A stretch of DNA of 64,000 nt from Candidatus Latescibacterota bacterium (GTDB lineage: Bacteria; Latescibacterota; UBA2968; UBA8231): positions 672,001 to 736,000 of the forward strand of contig CBDFJF010000002.1 of the NCBI GenBank assembly GCA_965248265.1, read 5' to 3'. Below are positions 19,522 to 28,402 of this stretch, one piece after another. A program made the translations under genes and the position numbers. Under the pieces are notes generated by a model. The model ran no database searches, was not told where the DNA came from, and saw only the letters and a list, made by a program, of their open reading frames with translations. Numbering within the stretch: position 1 is the stretch's first letter; each line of letters starts with the position of its first letter.

Positions 19522-20339
19522 TCTTCTGACTCCGAAGTCTCGGAACTCGCGCTCTGTGCGCTCTCGGCCAGTTGCAGGCGTTCGATTGCCGTCGCTCGTC
19601 CACCGGCTTCATCTACATCGACCAGGGCACCGCTGAGCACTCCGATGCCATCGGCGGGCTTGAAACGAGTGGGTACCTGGTTGATGAAACGCTGGACGGC
19701 GATATCCGCGCGGGTGCCTATGACGGAGTCAGGGGTCCCCGTCATGCCGGCGTCCGTCAGGTAGGCCGTTCCACCGGGCAGGATGCGTTCATCAGCGGTC
19801 TGGATATGCGTGTGTGTGCCAATCACAGCGCTTGCCAGGCCGTCGAGGTGCCATCCCATCGAGACCTTCTCAGCCGTTGCTTCTGCGTGAAAATCGACGA
19901 AGACGACGGGAGTCTCCTGGCGCAGTCGCTGCACTTCGGAGCGACCTGCCTTGAACGGGCAATCGGTCGTGGACATGAACGTGCGTCCCTGAAGATTCAC
20001 GACCCCCACATTCGTTCCACCCCGTGAAGGCAGGACGATGGAGCCCTTTCCGGGCGCTTCAGTCGGGTAGTTGAAAGGTCGAAGCACGGGTGCGGCACTG
20101 CGAAGAAAGGGCATGAAATCTGCACGATTCCAGATGTGGTTACCCGAGGTGATCACGTCGGCGCCGTAGCTGAAGATCTTCTTCGCCAGATTATCCGTCA
20201 GGCCGAAACCACCGGCCGCGTTCTCACCGTTGACGATACAAAAATCCACCCCGCGCTCGTTGATCAGTCGCGGAATCATCTCCGAGGCTACCCGTCGACC
20301 AGGCTTGGCGTAGATGTCGGCGACGAAGAGTATGCGCAC
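19518..20339 (-). CDS. ymdB: YmdB/TIGR00282 metallophosphoesterase
   Basis: NGENAAGG, TSGNH, DFHAEATAEK, GTHTHIQTADER, TDAGMTG; follows rny. Confidence 0.93.
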   Translation of the reverse strand: MRILFVADIYAKPGRRVASEMIPRLINERGVDFCIVNGENAAGGFGLTDNLAKKIFSYGADVITSGNHIWNRADFMPFLRSAAPVLRPFNYPTEAPGKGSIVLPSRGGTNVGVVNLQGRTFMSTTDCPFKAGRSEVQRLRQETPVVFVDFHAEATAEKVSMGWHLDGLASAVIGTHTHIQTADERILPGGTAYLTDAGMTGTPDSVIGTRADIAVQRFINQVPTRFKPADGIGVLSGALVDVDEAGGRATAIERLQLAESAQSASSETSESEE

Positions 20340-20363
20340 GGGGAGGAATCCTGGTCGGGGCCC

Positions 20364-21929
20364 TTAGCGGGCGTATTGCACGGCACGGACTTCTCGGATC
20401 ACACAGACCTTGATCTGTCCGGCCTGACCTAGTTCTGCTTCTATCGATTGCGTGATTTCTTCGGCCAGTTGCTCGGCGTAGGCGTCGTCAACGATGGTGC
20501 TGTCGACGAGGATCCGGATTTCCTTGCCGTTTTGCAGCGCGTAGGCCCGGTTGACGCCGGGTAGAGCTGCGGCCATGGCCTCGATTTCATCCATGCGGCG
20601 GATGTACTCCTCCACTTTCTCCTTACGCGCCCCAGGACGCCCTGTGGAGATTTCATCCGCAGCCTTGACCACGGTAGCCAGCGTCGAGCGCACAGGGAGG
20701 TTCAGGTTGTGGGTCTCGATCACATCGACCACTTCCGGGGCCTCGTCGCTCTTGCGGGCAATGGCGGCCCCCATCTGCGCCGTATCGGCTCCGATCTCGT
20801 GATCCAGCGCGCGGCCGATGTCGTGCAGCAGACCGGCACGCCGTGCGAGACCGGCGTCGAGATCCAGCGCTTCGGCGATCATTCCTGCCAGCGACCCGAC
20901 CTCCTTGCTGTGGGTGAGAAGGCTCTGGCCGTAGCTGGTGCGAAATCGAAGTCGGCCGAGCAATTCCAACAGGGGGCCGGCCAGGTCGTGGATGCCCAGG
21001 TCGAAAGCTGCCTTGGAAGCTGATTCTCGGACAATCTCCTCGACATCCTCTTTGGCTTTCTCGTAGACCTCCTCTATCCGACCCGGATGGATGCGGCCAT
21101 CCATGATCAGTTTCTCGAGTGTATTCTTGGCCACCTCGCGACGCAGAGGGTCGAAACTCGAGAGCATGACCATCCCCGGCGAATCGTCGACGATGACCTC
21201 GACGCCCGTGATCATGTCGAAGGATCGAATATTGCGCCCATCGCGGCCGATGATGCGTCCCTTCATTTCATCGTTGGGCAGGCTCACCACGGACACCGTG
21301 CTCTCCAACGTCAGGTCTCCGGCAAAGCGCTCAATACAACTTGAGATGATTTCCTTAGCCTCGCGGTTGGCATTGGCGACGGCGTCATCCTTGATCTCTC
21401 TGACTCTGCGGGCGGCCAATTGCTGGGCGCTTTTTTCTTGCTCCTGCACCAGCATCTTGAGCGCCTCTGTCCTGGTCATTCCCCCAAGCTCTTCCAGGCG
21501 ATCGCGTTGTTCCCGGAGCATCTCGTCGATCCTTGTTTCATCCATCCCGATCTGTTGCTCGCGTCTCGTCAGTTCTTCCTCGTTCTTGACGAGGCCGCGT
21601 TCCTTGCTTTCGAGCACATCAACCTTTCGGTCCAGTTGCTGTTCTCGTTCCTGCAAGCTGGACTCCAGGTCCCGCAACGCGCTCCTCTTGCGCTCGGTCT
21701 CGCGTTCGAGGGGCTCGCGCTCCCGCCGCCACTCATCTCTGGCCTCGAGGCTGGCCGTTTTCTTCAGCGATGCCGCTTCCGTCTGGGCCTGGGCGATGAT
21801 GTCATCAGCGGCGGTGCGGGCGCCGTCTACCTTCTTGCGGCGGACGCGCTCACAGCCGTACCATCCGGCCAGAAAGCCGATACCGACAGCGGCCAGGATC
21901 AGGAGGGAAACAGCGAGGATGATCTGCAC
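20364..21929 (-). CDS. rny: Ribonuclease Y
   Basis: N-terminal TM, coiled coil, KH (MKGRIIGRDGRNIR), GRIHPGRIEE, HD (GLLHDIG), RPGAR. Confidence 0.96.
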   Translation of the reverse strand: MQIILAVSLLILAAVGIGFLAGWYGCERVRRKKVDGARTAADDIIAQAQTEAASLKKTASLEARDEWRREREPLERETERKRSALRDLESSLQEREQQLDRKVDVLESKERGLVKNEEELTRREQQIGMDETRIDEMLREQRDRLEELGGMTRTEALKMLVQEQEKSAQQLAARRVREIKDDAVANANREAKEIISSCIERFAGDLTLESTVSVVSLPNDEMKGRIIGRDGRNIRSFDMITGVEVIVDDSPGMVMLSSFDPLRREVAKNTLEKLIMDGRIHPGRIEEVYEKAKEDVEEIVRESASKAAFDLGIHDLAGPLLELLGRLRFRTSYGQSLLTHSKEVGSLAGMIAEALDLDAGLARRAGLLHDIGRALDHEIGADTAQMGAAIARKSDEAPEVVDVIETHNLNLPVRSTLATVVKAADEISTGRPGARKEKVEEYIRRMDEIEAMAAALPGVNRAYALQNGKEIRILVDSTIVDDAYAEQLAEEITQSIEAELGQAGQIKVCVIREVRAVQYAR

Positions 21930-21934
21930 TGGAA

Positions 21935-22309
21935 CTAACCCTGATTACTCTCGTCGACCGACGTCTGGGCTGGTTCCTCCACCGGCTCGGCACGTCCGGA
22001 CAGCGCGATGCGCTCGTCCACGAGTCGTCCCAATGAGGAGGCCAAACGGGAAGTGCGTCGAGATATGTGGTTTTCCGCGTCGTCGAATTCGGCGCGCAGG
22101 CGCAGCAGTTCGTCCGTCAGGTTGACTCCGGCCAGAACGGCCGTCTGCAGCGCCGGCCGGTCCGGACTTTCCGCTGCCACTTTGCGCATGGCCTCGTTGA
22201 CGAGAGCCGCGACACGTTCGATCTGTTCGGGGGGATGGTCGTCGTCGACGGCGAATACGTAGCGTTTGCCGAAAATCTCCACGGAGACACGGCCTGGTTG
22301 TTCGTCCAT
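21935..22309 (-). CDS. zapA: Cell division protein ZapA
   Basis: VSVEIFGKRY...VAALVNEAM...AVLAGVNLTDEL; conserved position upstream of rny. Confidence 0.88.
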   Translation of the reverse strand: MDEQPGRVSVEIFGKRYVFAVDDDHPPEQIERVAALVNEAMRKVAAESPDRPALQTAVLAGVNLTDELLRLRAEFDDAENHISRRTSRLASSLGRLVDERIALSGRAEPVEEPAQTSVDESNQG

Positions 22310-22343
22310 CGCTTAGTTAGGTGACCTCCTTGAGAAAATCCAG

Positions 22344-22601
22344 TTAGAGCGGAATCTCCTGCAGCCGCGCCAGAATGCGCTCGAGGCGCTTTTTGACCTC
22401 CTGGCGGTCGTCCATCGCCTTCTGGTACTCACCCTCCAGCCGGGCATAACGATCGGTCTCAGCCTGAAACTTGCGATCTCGTGATTGCAGATCCTCGACC
22501 TGTCCCCGCAACGTCTCGTTTTCCCGCCGTTGCTCTTCCAACACCTGTAAGAGCCGGTTCACTTCATCTTCGAGTCGTTCGAAATTGCCGTCGACACCCA
22601 T
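22344..22601 (-). CDS. ZapB-like coiled-coil protein
   Basis: 85-aa pure coiled coil (FERLEDEVNRLL...RLERILARL) between pheT and zapA. Confidence 0.7.
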   Translation of the reverse strand: MGVDGNFERLEDEVNRLLQVLEEQRRENETLRGQVEDLQSRDRKFQAETDRYARLEGEYQKAMDDRQEVKKRLERILARLQEIPL

Positions 22602-22632
22602 TTACTTCGATTTCTCCCTGATTGCCCTGTCC

Positions 22633-22802
22633 CTAGGAGCCTGTCCGAGTATCCCATTTGGGCTGCGGGGACGTCATTGCCGCCGCTGCCAGCGTTCCGT
22701 TTCTCTCTCTGAATTCATCAATTCAGATCGATCACGCGCCTTGCCATCGACGACAATGACGCCCCCTCGCCTATCAAAGCGAATACTCGGACAGGCTCCT
22801 AG
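22633..22802. mobile_element. MITE-like element, 170 bp, with CTAG-ended perfect inverted repeats
   Basis: CTAGGAGCCTGTCCGAGTAT (22633-22652) and ATACTCGGACAGGCTCCTAG (22783-22802); internal stems; no transposase. Confidence 0.7.
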
Positions 22803-22818
22803 TGCCGCGAGGCACTAG
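22799..22818. repeat. Short CTAG-bounded palindrome abutting the MITE
   Basis: CTAGTGCC-GCGA-GGCACTAG. Confidence 0.7.
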
Positions 22819-22836
22819 TCATACAATAGTCACGAT

Positions 22837-25212
22837 TCAGTTATCACGCAGCCGCGCTCCGCAACTACTCTCGACAGCTTTGAGCACCCGCGCAATTATT
22901 TCGTCTGCCTGACGATCTTCAAGTGTCTTTTCCGTGGACTTGAGCACGAGGGTGAAGGCCAGACTCTTGCTGCCGGCTTCGACCTGGTCACCCTGGTAGA
23001 CGTCGAATAGCTCGATCGCCTGAATCAGCTCGCGCTCGACCGTCCTCATCTGCTCGATGAGTTGGGCCGCGGGCACTTGTTCGGGCACGACCAGGGCCAA
23101 ATCCCGTTCAATCGGGGGGAATCTCGACAATTGATGGAACCCGTCGGTAGCTGTCAGGCTCGGAGCAAGTTCCGTGAAATCGAGCTCAAACATAAAAACG
23201 GGACCTGCCAGATCAAATACGGCGCACAGGGCCGTGTCTACCTCACCGAAATAACCGATATCACGCTCTGCGACGCTGATCCGGGCACAATGACCCACTC
23301 GAAACGCATCGCGCGTACCGGCATGAAACTGCGCGCCACAATTCTCCAGTAAAGCCTCGACGATTCCTTTGAGGTCAAGGATATCGGCGGCGACTCGGTC
23401 CGCACGCCACGGCGTTGCCGAGCGGGTACCAGACCACAGTCCTGACAACACCAACCACTCACCCCTACCATCCCTCGAACTGAAACACCTGCCTAGTTCA
23501 AACACGGACACGGTGTCGGCTCGTTGGTTGAAGTTTCGTCGAGCCACGTCCATCAACCCGGGAATCAAGCTGGTGCGCATCAGGGAATGGCCTTCAGCCG
23601 GGGGATTGGCAAGTTCCACAGGGTCGAGGGGGGAAACAAGCTGTTCCCAGCGCTGCTCGACGACGCTGTTGGTGACGACCTCATCCAATCCCAACCCGAC
23701 CAGGCGTCGTCGTACCAGCCGTTGCACGTCGTACAGATCGTCACCAGACTGAACAACGGGCCCGCGGATGACGGGACTGGCTTCGACCTGGTCGTAGCCG
23801 AATATCCGGCCTATCTCTTCGATTAAGTCGGCTTCGCGTGTCAGGTCGGGCCGAAAGCTGGGCGGTTCAACTCGCAAGAGTTCCTCAGTCTGCGTTTCAA
23901 TTCGACAACCCAACAACTTGAGGATGCGGGCACATTGGGGTGAGGACAATTCGGTGGCAAGGAGTGCGTTGAGCCGATCGATGCGCAGGTCGATGAGGGC
24001 GCACTCTGGTGTTGAGGATGGGAACACATCGACGAGCGGTGCGCAAACTTCGCCCCCGGCCAGTTCGGCGATGAGCCCTGCAGCCCGATCGCTGGCCCGT
24101 GCCGGCATGGCCCAGTCGGCACCGCGTTCGAAGCGGGACGAGGCCTCCGTTTGCAGGCCGAGCGTCGCGGCGGTCCGTCGCACTCGCGAGGGGGAGAAAT
24201 ACGCTGCTTCGAGCAGGATGTCGGTGGTCTGCTCCGTAACCTCCGAATTGGCACCCCCCATGATGCCGGCCAGGGCGATAGGCCGGTTGGCATCCGCGAT
24301 CACGAGCGTCTCCGAGTCCAGCGCTCGCTCGGTTCCATCGAGTGTTTCCAGCCCCTCTCCCGATCGAGCACGCCTGACGACGATCCGGCGCCCCTCCACG
24401 TGGTTCATGTCGAAGGCGTGTAGCGGTTGCCCAAGCTCGAGCATGACGTAGTTGGAGATGTCGACGATGTTGTTGATTGGCCGCATACCAAGTGACCGCA
24501 GCCGGTTGGCGAGCCACTCGGGCGACTGCCCAACTCGCACGCCCTTAATGAGACGTCCGACATACCTGGGGCACCCATCGTCATCCTCGATCTCGACCTC
24601 AAAGGCGTCCGCGGTCTCTCGTTCCTCCACCACTGTGTCGGGCAGCTCTAAGGGGATTCCGGTCAGTGCCTGTACTTCCCGGCCGATCCCGACCAGGCTC
24701 AGGCAATCAGGTCTGTTAGGTGTCACCTCGAAGTCGATGACGACATCGTCCAGGCCGGATTGCTCGGCGAATGCCGCGCCTGCTTCGTAGGTTGGCGGCA
24801 AAACGAGAATGCCGGCGTGGTCCGAACCCAACCCGAGTTCCTCCTCGGAACAGATCATTCCGTTGGAGCGTACGCCGCGAATCGACACGCTTTCGATCCT
24901 GCGGCCGTCCGCAAGCTGGTGCCCGGGACTCACCACGGCCACCTTCTGGCCGGCAGCGACATTGGGGGCGCCGCAGACGATCGTCTGCTCGCCGCCGTTC
25001 GCTCCCAGATTCACCTGGCATACTGAGAGCCGGTCCGCGTTGGGATGGCGCTCGCAAGCCGTGACCTCGCCAACCAGAATTCCCTTCAAGCGAGTCGCTA
25101 TGTCGTCGATCCCTTCCAATTCCAAGCCGGCCATGGTCAGGCGTTCGACGAGCTCTGGCCAATCCCATTGGTGGGGGACGTATTCCCTGAGCCAATTGTG
25201 TGAAATTTTCAT
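22837..25212 (-). CDS. pheT: Phenylalanine--tRNA ligase beta subunit
   Basis: HPNADRL, IVCGAPN, TPNRPDCLS, GQPLHAFD, RFERG, DLIEEIGRIFGY, FDVYQG...KSLAF. Confidence 0.98.
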   Translation of the reverse strand: MKISHNWLREYVPHQWDWPELVERLTMAGLELEGIDDIATRLKGILVGEVTACERHPNADRLSVCQVNLGANGGEQTIVCGAPNVAAGQKVAVVSPGHQLADGRRIESVSIRGVRSNGMICSEEELGLGSDHAGILVLPPTYEAGAAFAEQSGLDDVVIDFEVTPNRPDCLSLVGIGREVQALTGIPLELPDTVVEERETADAFEVEIEDDDGCPRYVGRLIKGVRVGQSPEWLANRLRSLGMRPINNIVDISNYVMLELGQPLHAFDMNHVEGRRIVVRRARSGEGLETLDGTERALDSETLVIADANRPIALAGIMGGANSEVTEQTTDILLEAAYFSPSRVRRTAATLGLQTEASSRFERGADWAMPARASDRAAGLIAELAGGEVCAPLVDVFPSSTPECALIDLRIDRLNALLATELSSPQCARILKLLGCRIETQTEELLRVEPPSFRPDLTREADLIEEIGRIFGYDQVEASPVIRGPVVQSGDDLYDVQRLVRRRLVGLGLDEVVTNSVVEQRWEQLVSPLDPVELANPPAEGHSLMRTSLIPGLMDVARRNFNQRADTVSVFELGRCFSSRDGRGEWLVLSGLWSGTRSATPWRADRVAADILDLKGIVEALLENCGAQFHAGTRDAFRVGHCARISVAERDIGYFGEVDTALCAVFDLAGPVFMFELDFTELAPSLTATDGFHQLSRFPPIERDLALVVPEQVPAAQLIEQMRTVERELIQAIELFDVYQGDQVEAGSKSLAFTLVLKSTEKTLEDRQADEIIARVLKAVESSCGARLRDN

Positions 25213-25248
25213 GCTGCTGGTGCGGTTACGGGGGAGACAAGGGAACTG

Positions 25249-26271
25249 TCAGAATTGGCGCGTGAAGCGGAGGTCATTCTCCAGGAACAGGCGTATATCG
25301 TCGATCCCATGACGGATCATCGCCATGCGTTCGACTCCAAGACCGAAAGCAAACCCGGTGTATTCATCCGGATCATAGCCGACACTCTCAAACACAGCCG
25401 GGTCGACCATGCCGGCCCCACCGATCTCTATCCAACCAGTCCCCTTACACACTCGGCATGAGCCAGAGCCTTTGCCGTCATCACCGCAAAGGGTGCAGGA
25501 GAAATCGTACTCCACGCTCGGCTCCGTAAACGGGAAGAAGTGCGGCCTGATGCGTATGCGGGTGCGGTCACCGAGCAAGCTTCGGCCAATGGCCGTCAGG
25601 GTTCCCTTGAGATCCGCTATCGAGACGTCGTGGTCGACGAACAGGCCCTCGATCTGGTGAAAGGTGAAATGATGGGTGGCGTCCACGGTCTCGCGGCGAT
25701 AGCAGCGGCCCTGTGAGATCACTCGGACGGGCGGGGTGGTCGTTTCCATTACGCGGATCTGCACCGTGGAGGTGTGAGTGCGCAACAACTGCCCGTCCGT
25801 GAGGTAGAAGGTGTCGTGGAGGTCGCGGGCAGGGTGATCGGCCGGCGTGTTCAGGGCGTCGAAGTTGTGGTACTCGTCTTCGATTTCGGGACCGTCGGCG
25901 ACGACGAAGCCCATTCCACGCAACACATCGACGACTTCATCAGTCAAGCGGGTCAGTGGATGGAGTTTGCCTTCGAAGTTGCGGCGCCCAGGCAAGGTGA
26001 TGTCGATGCCACTGCCCTCCTCGACTGCAACAGCCAGGTGGCTGTCTCGCTCGTCGAGAGCTGATTCGATCTGTTTCTGCAGGCTCCCTGCTGCCTTGCC
26101 CGCCTCGGGACGCTGATCCGCGGGAAGCGAGCCAATACTGGTCAACAAGCTGCGCATGGCACTCTTGCGTCCGGTGAGGCGCACGCGCAACTCCTCCAAG
26201 GACCCAGGGTCCTCTGCCGCCGCTATGGCTGCAAGGGCCTCCTGACGCAGTTCTTCAATCTGATCAAGCAT
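25249..26271 (-). CDS. pheS: Phenylalanine--tRNA ligase alpha subunit
   Basis: HPARDLHDTFY, LRTHTS, FHQIEGL, FPFTEPS, GFAFGLGVER. Confidence 0.98.
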   Translation of the reverse strand: MLDQIEELRQEALAAIAAAEDPGSLEELRVRLTGRKSAMRSLLTSIGSLPADQRPEAGKAAGSLQKQIESALDERDSHLAVAVEEGSGIDITLPGRRNFEGKLHPLTRLTDEVVDVLRGMGFVVADGPEIEDEYHNFDALNTPADHPARDLHDTFYLTDGQLLRTHTSTVQIRVMETTTPPVRVISQGRCYRRETVDATHHFTFHQIEGLFVDHDVSIADLKGTLTAIGRSLLGDRTRIRIRPHFFPFTEPSVEYDFSCTLCGDDGKGSGSCRVCKGTGWIEIGGAGMVDPAVFESVGYDPDEYTGFAFGLGVERMAMIRHGIDDIRLFLENDLRFTRQF

Positions 26272-26385
26272 CGGAATAGTTACGGCAACGGTGGACGGAT
26301 GAAAACAGGGCGGTCAGACCAAGAAGCCGAAGCCTTCCGCCGGTGCAACGTTAGTGGATAGAAGTTAGTATAACAGTGAGGCGAA

Positions 26386-26739
26386 TTACAGGTGGGACTT
26401 GGCTTGCTCGGCGATCGCCGTAAAGGCGTCCGGATTCCGAACCGCAAGGTCTGCGAGGATCTTGCGGTTGACGGTAATCTCGGCCACGGACAACCCGTGA
26501 ATGAGTTGACTGTAGGAGATTCCGTTGAGACGGGCCGCGGCGTTGATGCGAGCGATCCAGAGTTTGCGGAATTCGCGTTTGCGAACACGCCGGTCGCGGT
26601 AGGCGTACTGCTGGGCGCGATTGACGGCCTCCCGAGCGGTGCGGAAGAGGCGACTCCGAGCCCCGAAATAGCCCTTGGCCAGCTTGAGGACTTTTTTCCT
26701 GCGCCTCCTGGAGGCGACGCTGTTTCTTACTCGGGCCAT
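26386..26739 (-). CDS. rplT: 50S ribosomal protein L20
   Basis: MARVR...AKGYFG...[24 protein letters not shown]...[10 protein letters not shown]. Confidence 0.98.
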   Translation of the reverse strand: MARVRNSVASRRRRKKVLKLAKGYFGARSRLFRTAREAVNRAQQYAYRDRRVRKREFRKLWIARINAAARLNGISYSQLIHGLSVAEITVNRKILADLAVRNPDAFTAIAEQAKSHL

Positions 26740-26763
26740 TATTCTGACTCAGGCTTACTCACT

Positions 26764-26961
26764 CTACTTCATGCCCAGCGAGCGAAGCACGTTCTTCATG
26801 TTCGCGGACGACACGGGCAAACTTTTACGCAGAGCTCGTTTACGTTTGGTGGAACGCTTGCCCAGGATGTGTGTACCAAAGGCTTTTTGGCGCTTGAGGC
26901 CTTTGCCCCCACGTCTCTTGATGCGCTTGGCGGTCGCGCGATGGGTTTTCATTTTGGGCAT
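26764..26961 (-). CDS. rpmI: 50S ribosomal protein L35
   Basis: [13 protein letters not shown]...[15 protein letters not shown]; start set at the ATG at 26961. Confidence 0.95.
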   Translation of the reverse strand: MPKMKTHRATAKRIKRRGGKGLKRQKAFGTHILGKRSTKRKRALRKSLPVSSANMKNVLRSLGMK

Positions 26962-27013
26962 TGGCGATTCTCGTTCAGTTTCGGTCCAAGTCTCTCGGGC
27001 AGTAGAGCATCGG

Positions 27014-27042
27014 AATCTATTTGTCCATGCCGATTCTGTCAA
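27014..27042 (-). promoter_or_regulatory. Sigma70-type promoter for rpmI-rplT
   Basis: Minus strand TTGACA-17 bp-TAGATT. Confidence 0.65.
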
Positions 27043-27089
27043 CGATCCCAGGACCTGTCTGTGCAACCGGGCGTCTGTACGCTGGTAGC

Positions 27090-27356
27090 TCACTCCGAGC
27101 GCGCGATCCCACCCTCCAACATTTCGCGGATCTGGGGCCGCACGAAGACATTGTCGAGTGGCAGCGAAGCCATGGCCTCGACCAACACCTCGATGCGCTC
27201 TGCCTGAGTCAGGCGCTCGTTGACGACGAGAAGAAGATTGTCACCGTCGCCAAAACGGCACAGGCCACCCCGGGTTTCGACATCATCGTAGCGGATTTCG
27301 ACTGACAGGGAGCTGGCGACTGTCTCGAGTTCCTGTAGAATTGATGCCGTGTCCAT
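27090..27356 (-). CDS. Conserved-looking small hypothetical protein
   Basis: 88 aa: [15 protein letters not shown]...GGLCR...LLVVN...ERIEVL...[12 protein letters not shown]. Confidence 0.7.
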   Translation of the reverse strand: MDTASILQELETVASSLSVEIRYDDVETRGGLCRFGDGDNLLLVVNERLTQAERIEVLVEAMASLPLDNVFVRPQIREMLEGGIARSE

Positions 27357-27436
27357 GGACTACAAGTGCGCGCTAAGTGATTAATTAAAAACAACTTGGG
27401 AGTAGATTCCCCAAGATAACCAAATTGCCTTTTGGT

Positions 27437-27464
27437 GAACAGCTCTGGTAGAACAGCTCTGGTA
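27437..27464. repeat. Perfect 14-bp tandem duplication
   Basis: GAACAGCTCTGGTA x2 in the divergent intergenic region upstream of surE. Confidence 0.85.
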
Positions 27465-27553
27465 TTGGTAATATAGCCGCTCCCACGGTCGGGCCGTTTT
27501 TCGGTGCCCGCACCGAAGCCGAGCGACAGCGGTCGAACCAAAGACACCCATTG

Positions 27554-28402
27554 ATGACATCCGACGGCACAGACGAACCGCCCTGGGTCCTGGTAACGAA
27601 CGACGATGGTCCGGATTCACCCGCACTGATCCCACTGTTGACGGAGCTTTCGCGGTCAATGCGGGTCAAAGCCCTGGTGCCGTCGAGGGAATACAGCTGG
27701 TCAGCCAAGACTCTGACGCGTCAGGGCACCCTGCACATCGAACGGGTGACGGTGGAGGGGGATTTCGAGCTCTCCACTCTCAGCGGTTCGCCCGCCGACT
27801 GCGCCAATCTCGGAGTCCATCACCTGGCGGGCAGCAAACCCTCTCTGGTCATCTCCGGAGTGAACATGGGATCCAATGCCGGCCTCTCTTTCCTGATGAG
27901 CTCTGGAACCGTTGGCGCTGCCATCGAAGCCGCCCTGTGTGGCGTGGCCGCGGCCGCGTTCTCGATGCAGTTGAGCGCCCACATCTACAAGCAGTGGCGC
28001 GTCGAACGACAGCTCGATGCGTATGATGGCCTGTGGACGACGGCGGCCACCATTACCACACAAATATGCCGGGAAGTCCTGCGCGCTGGTCTGCCCGAGG
28101 GGGCTTCACTGCTGAGCGTCAACATGCCAGACACTTGCGACGTTTCCACACCCCGTTGTTTCGGCCGGGTCACGCCAACGGAATACGGTTCTTTTTTCAA
28201 ACAACTGGAACCTGGCGCCTTTGACCACAACTACTCCGGGTATCGCATCCTGGGAGGCGACGGCCGCGGGGATGTCGAACTGCTGGAAAACGGCGATGTG
28301 GCCATGACAGCTATCAGGCTGGATCTGAATTCGGGGGAGGCGAGCGCCGTTGACCGCCGCCGCTTCGAGCGTCCCCAGTCCGAGCCGGATCAGGGGTCGT
28401 GA
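27554..28402 (+). CDS. surE: 5'/3'-nucleotidase SurE
   Basis: VLVTNDDG, GSPADC, LVISGVNMGSN, SGTVGAAIEA. Confidence 0.9.
   Translation: MTSDGTDEPPWVLVTNDDGPDSPALIPLLTELSRSMRVKALVPSREYSWSAKTLTRQGTLHIERVTVEGDFELSTLSGSPADCANLGVHHLAGSKPSLVISGVNMGSNAGLSFLMSSGTVGAAIEAALCGVAAAAFSMQLSAHIYKQWRVERQLDAYDGLWTTAATITTQICREVLRAGLPEGASLLSVNMPDTCDVSTPRCFGRVTPTEYGSFFKQLEPGAFDHNYSGYRILGGDGRGDVELLENGDVAMTAIRLDLNSGEASAVDRRRFERPQSEPDQGS

Noticed and set aside
21930-21934. 6S RNA at its common position between zapA and rny
   Set aside because: Only 5 bp separate the genes.
21091-22125. Long antisense ORFs (this 344-aa one and e.g. 3138-4028, 8351-9238, 11259-12119, 17376-18314, 37500-38303)
   Set aside because: Shadow frames of well-supported genes in GC-rich DNA, with no motifs.
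26272-26385. pheM attenuator or T-box upstream of pheS
   Set aside because: No Phe-rich leader ORF and no T-box motif; the gap is too short for a T-box.
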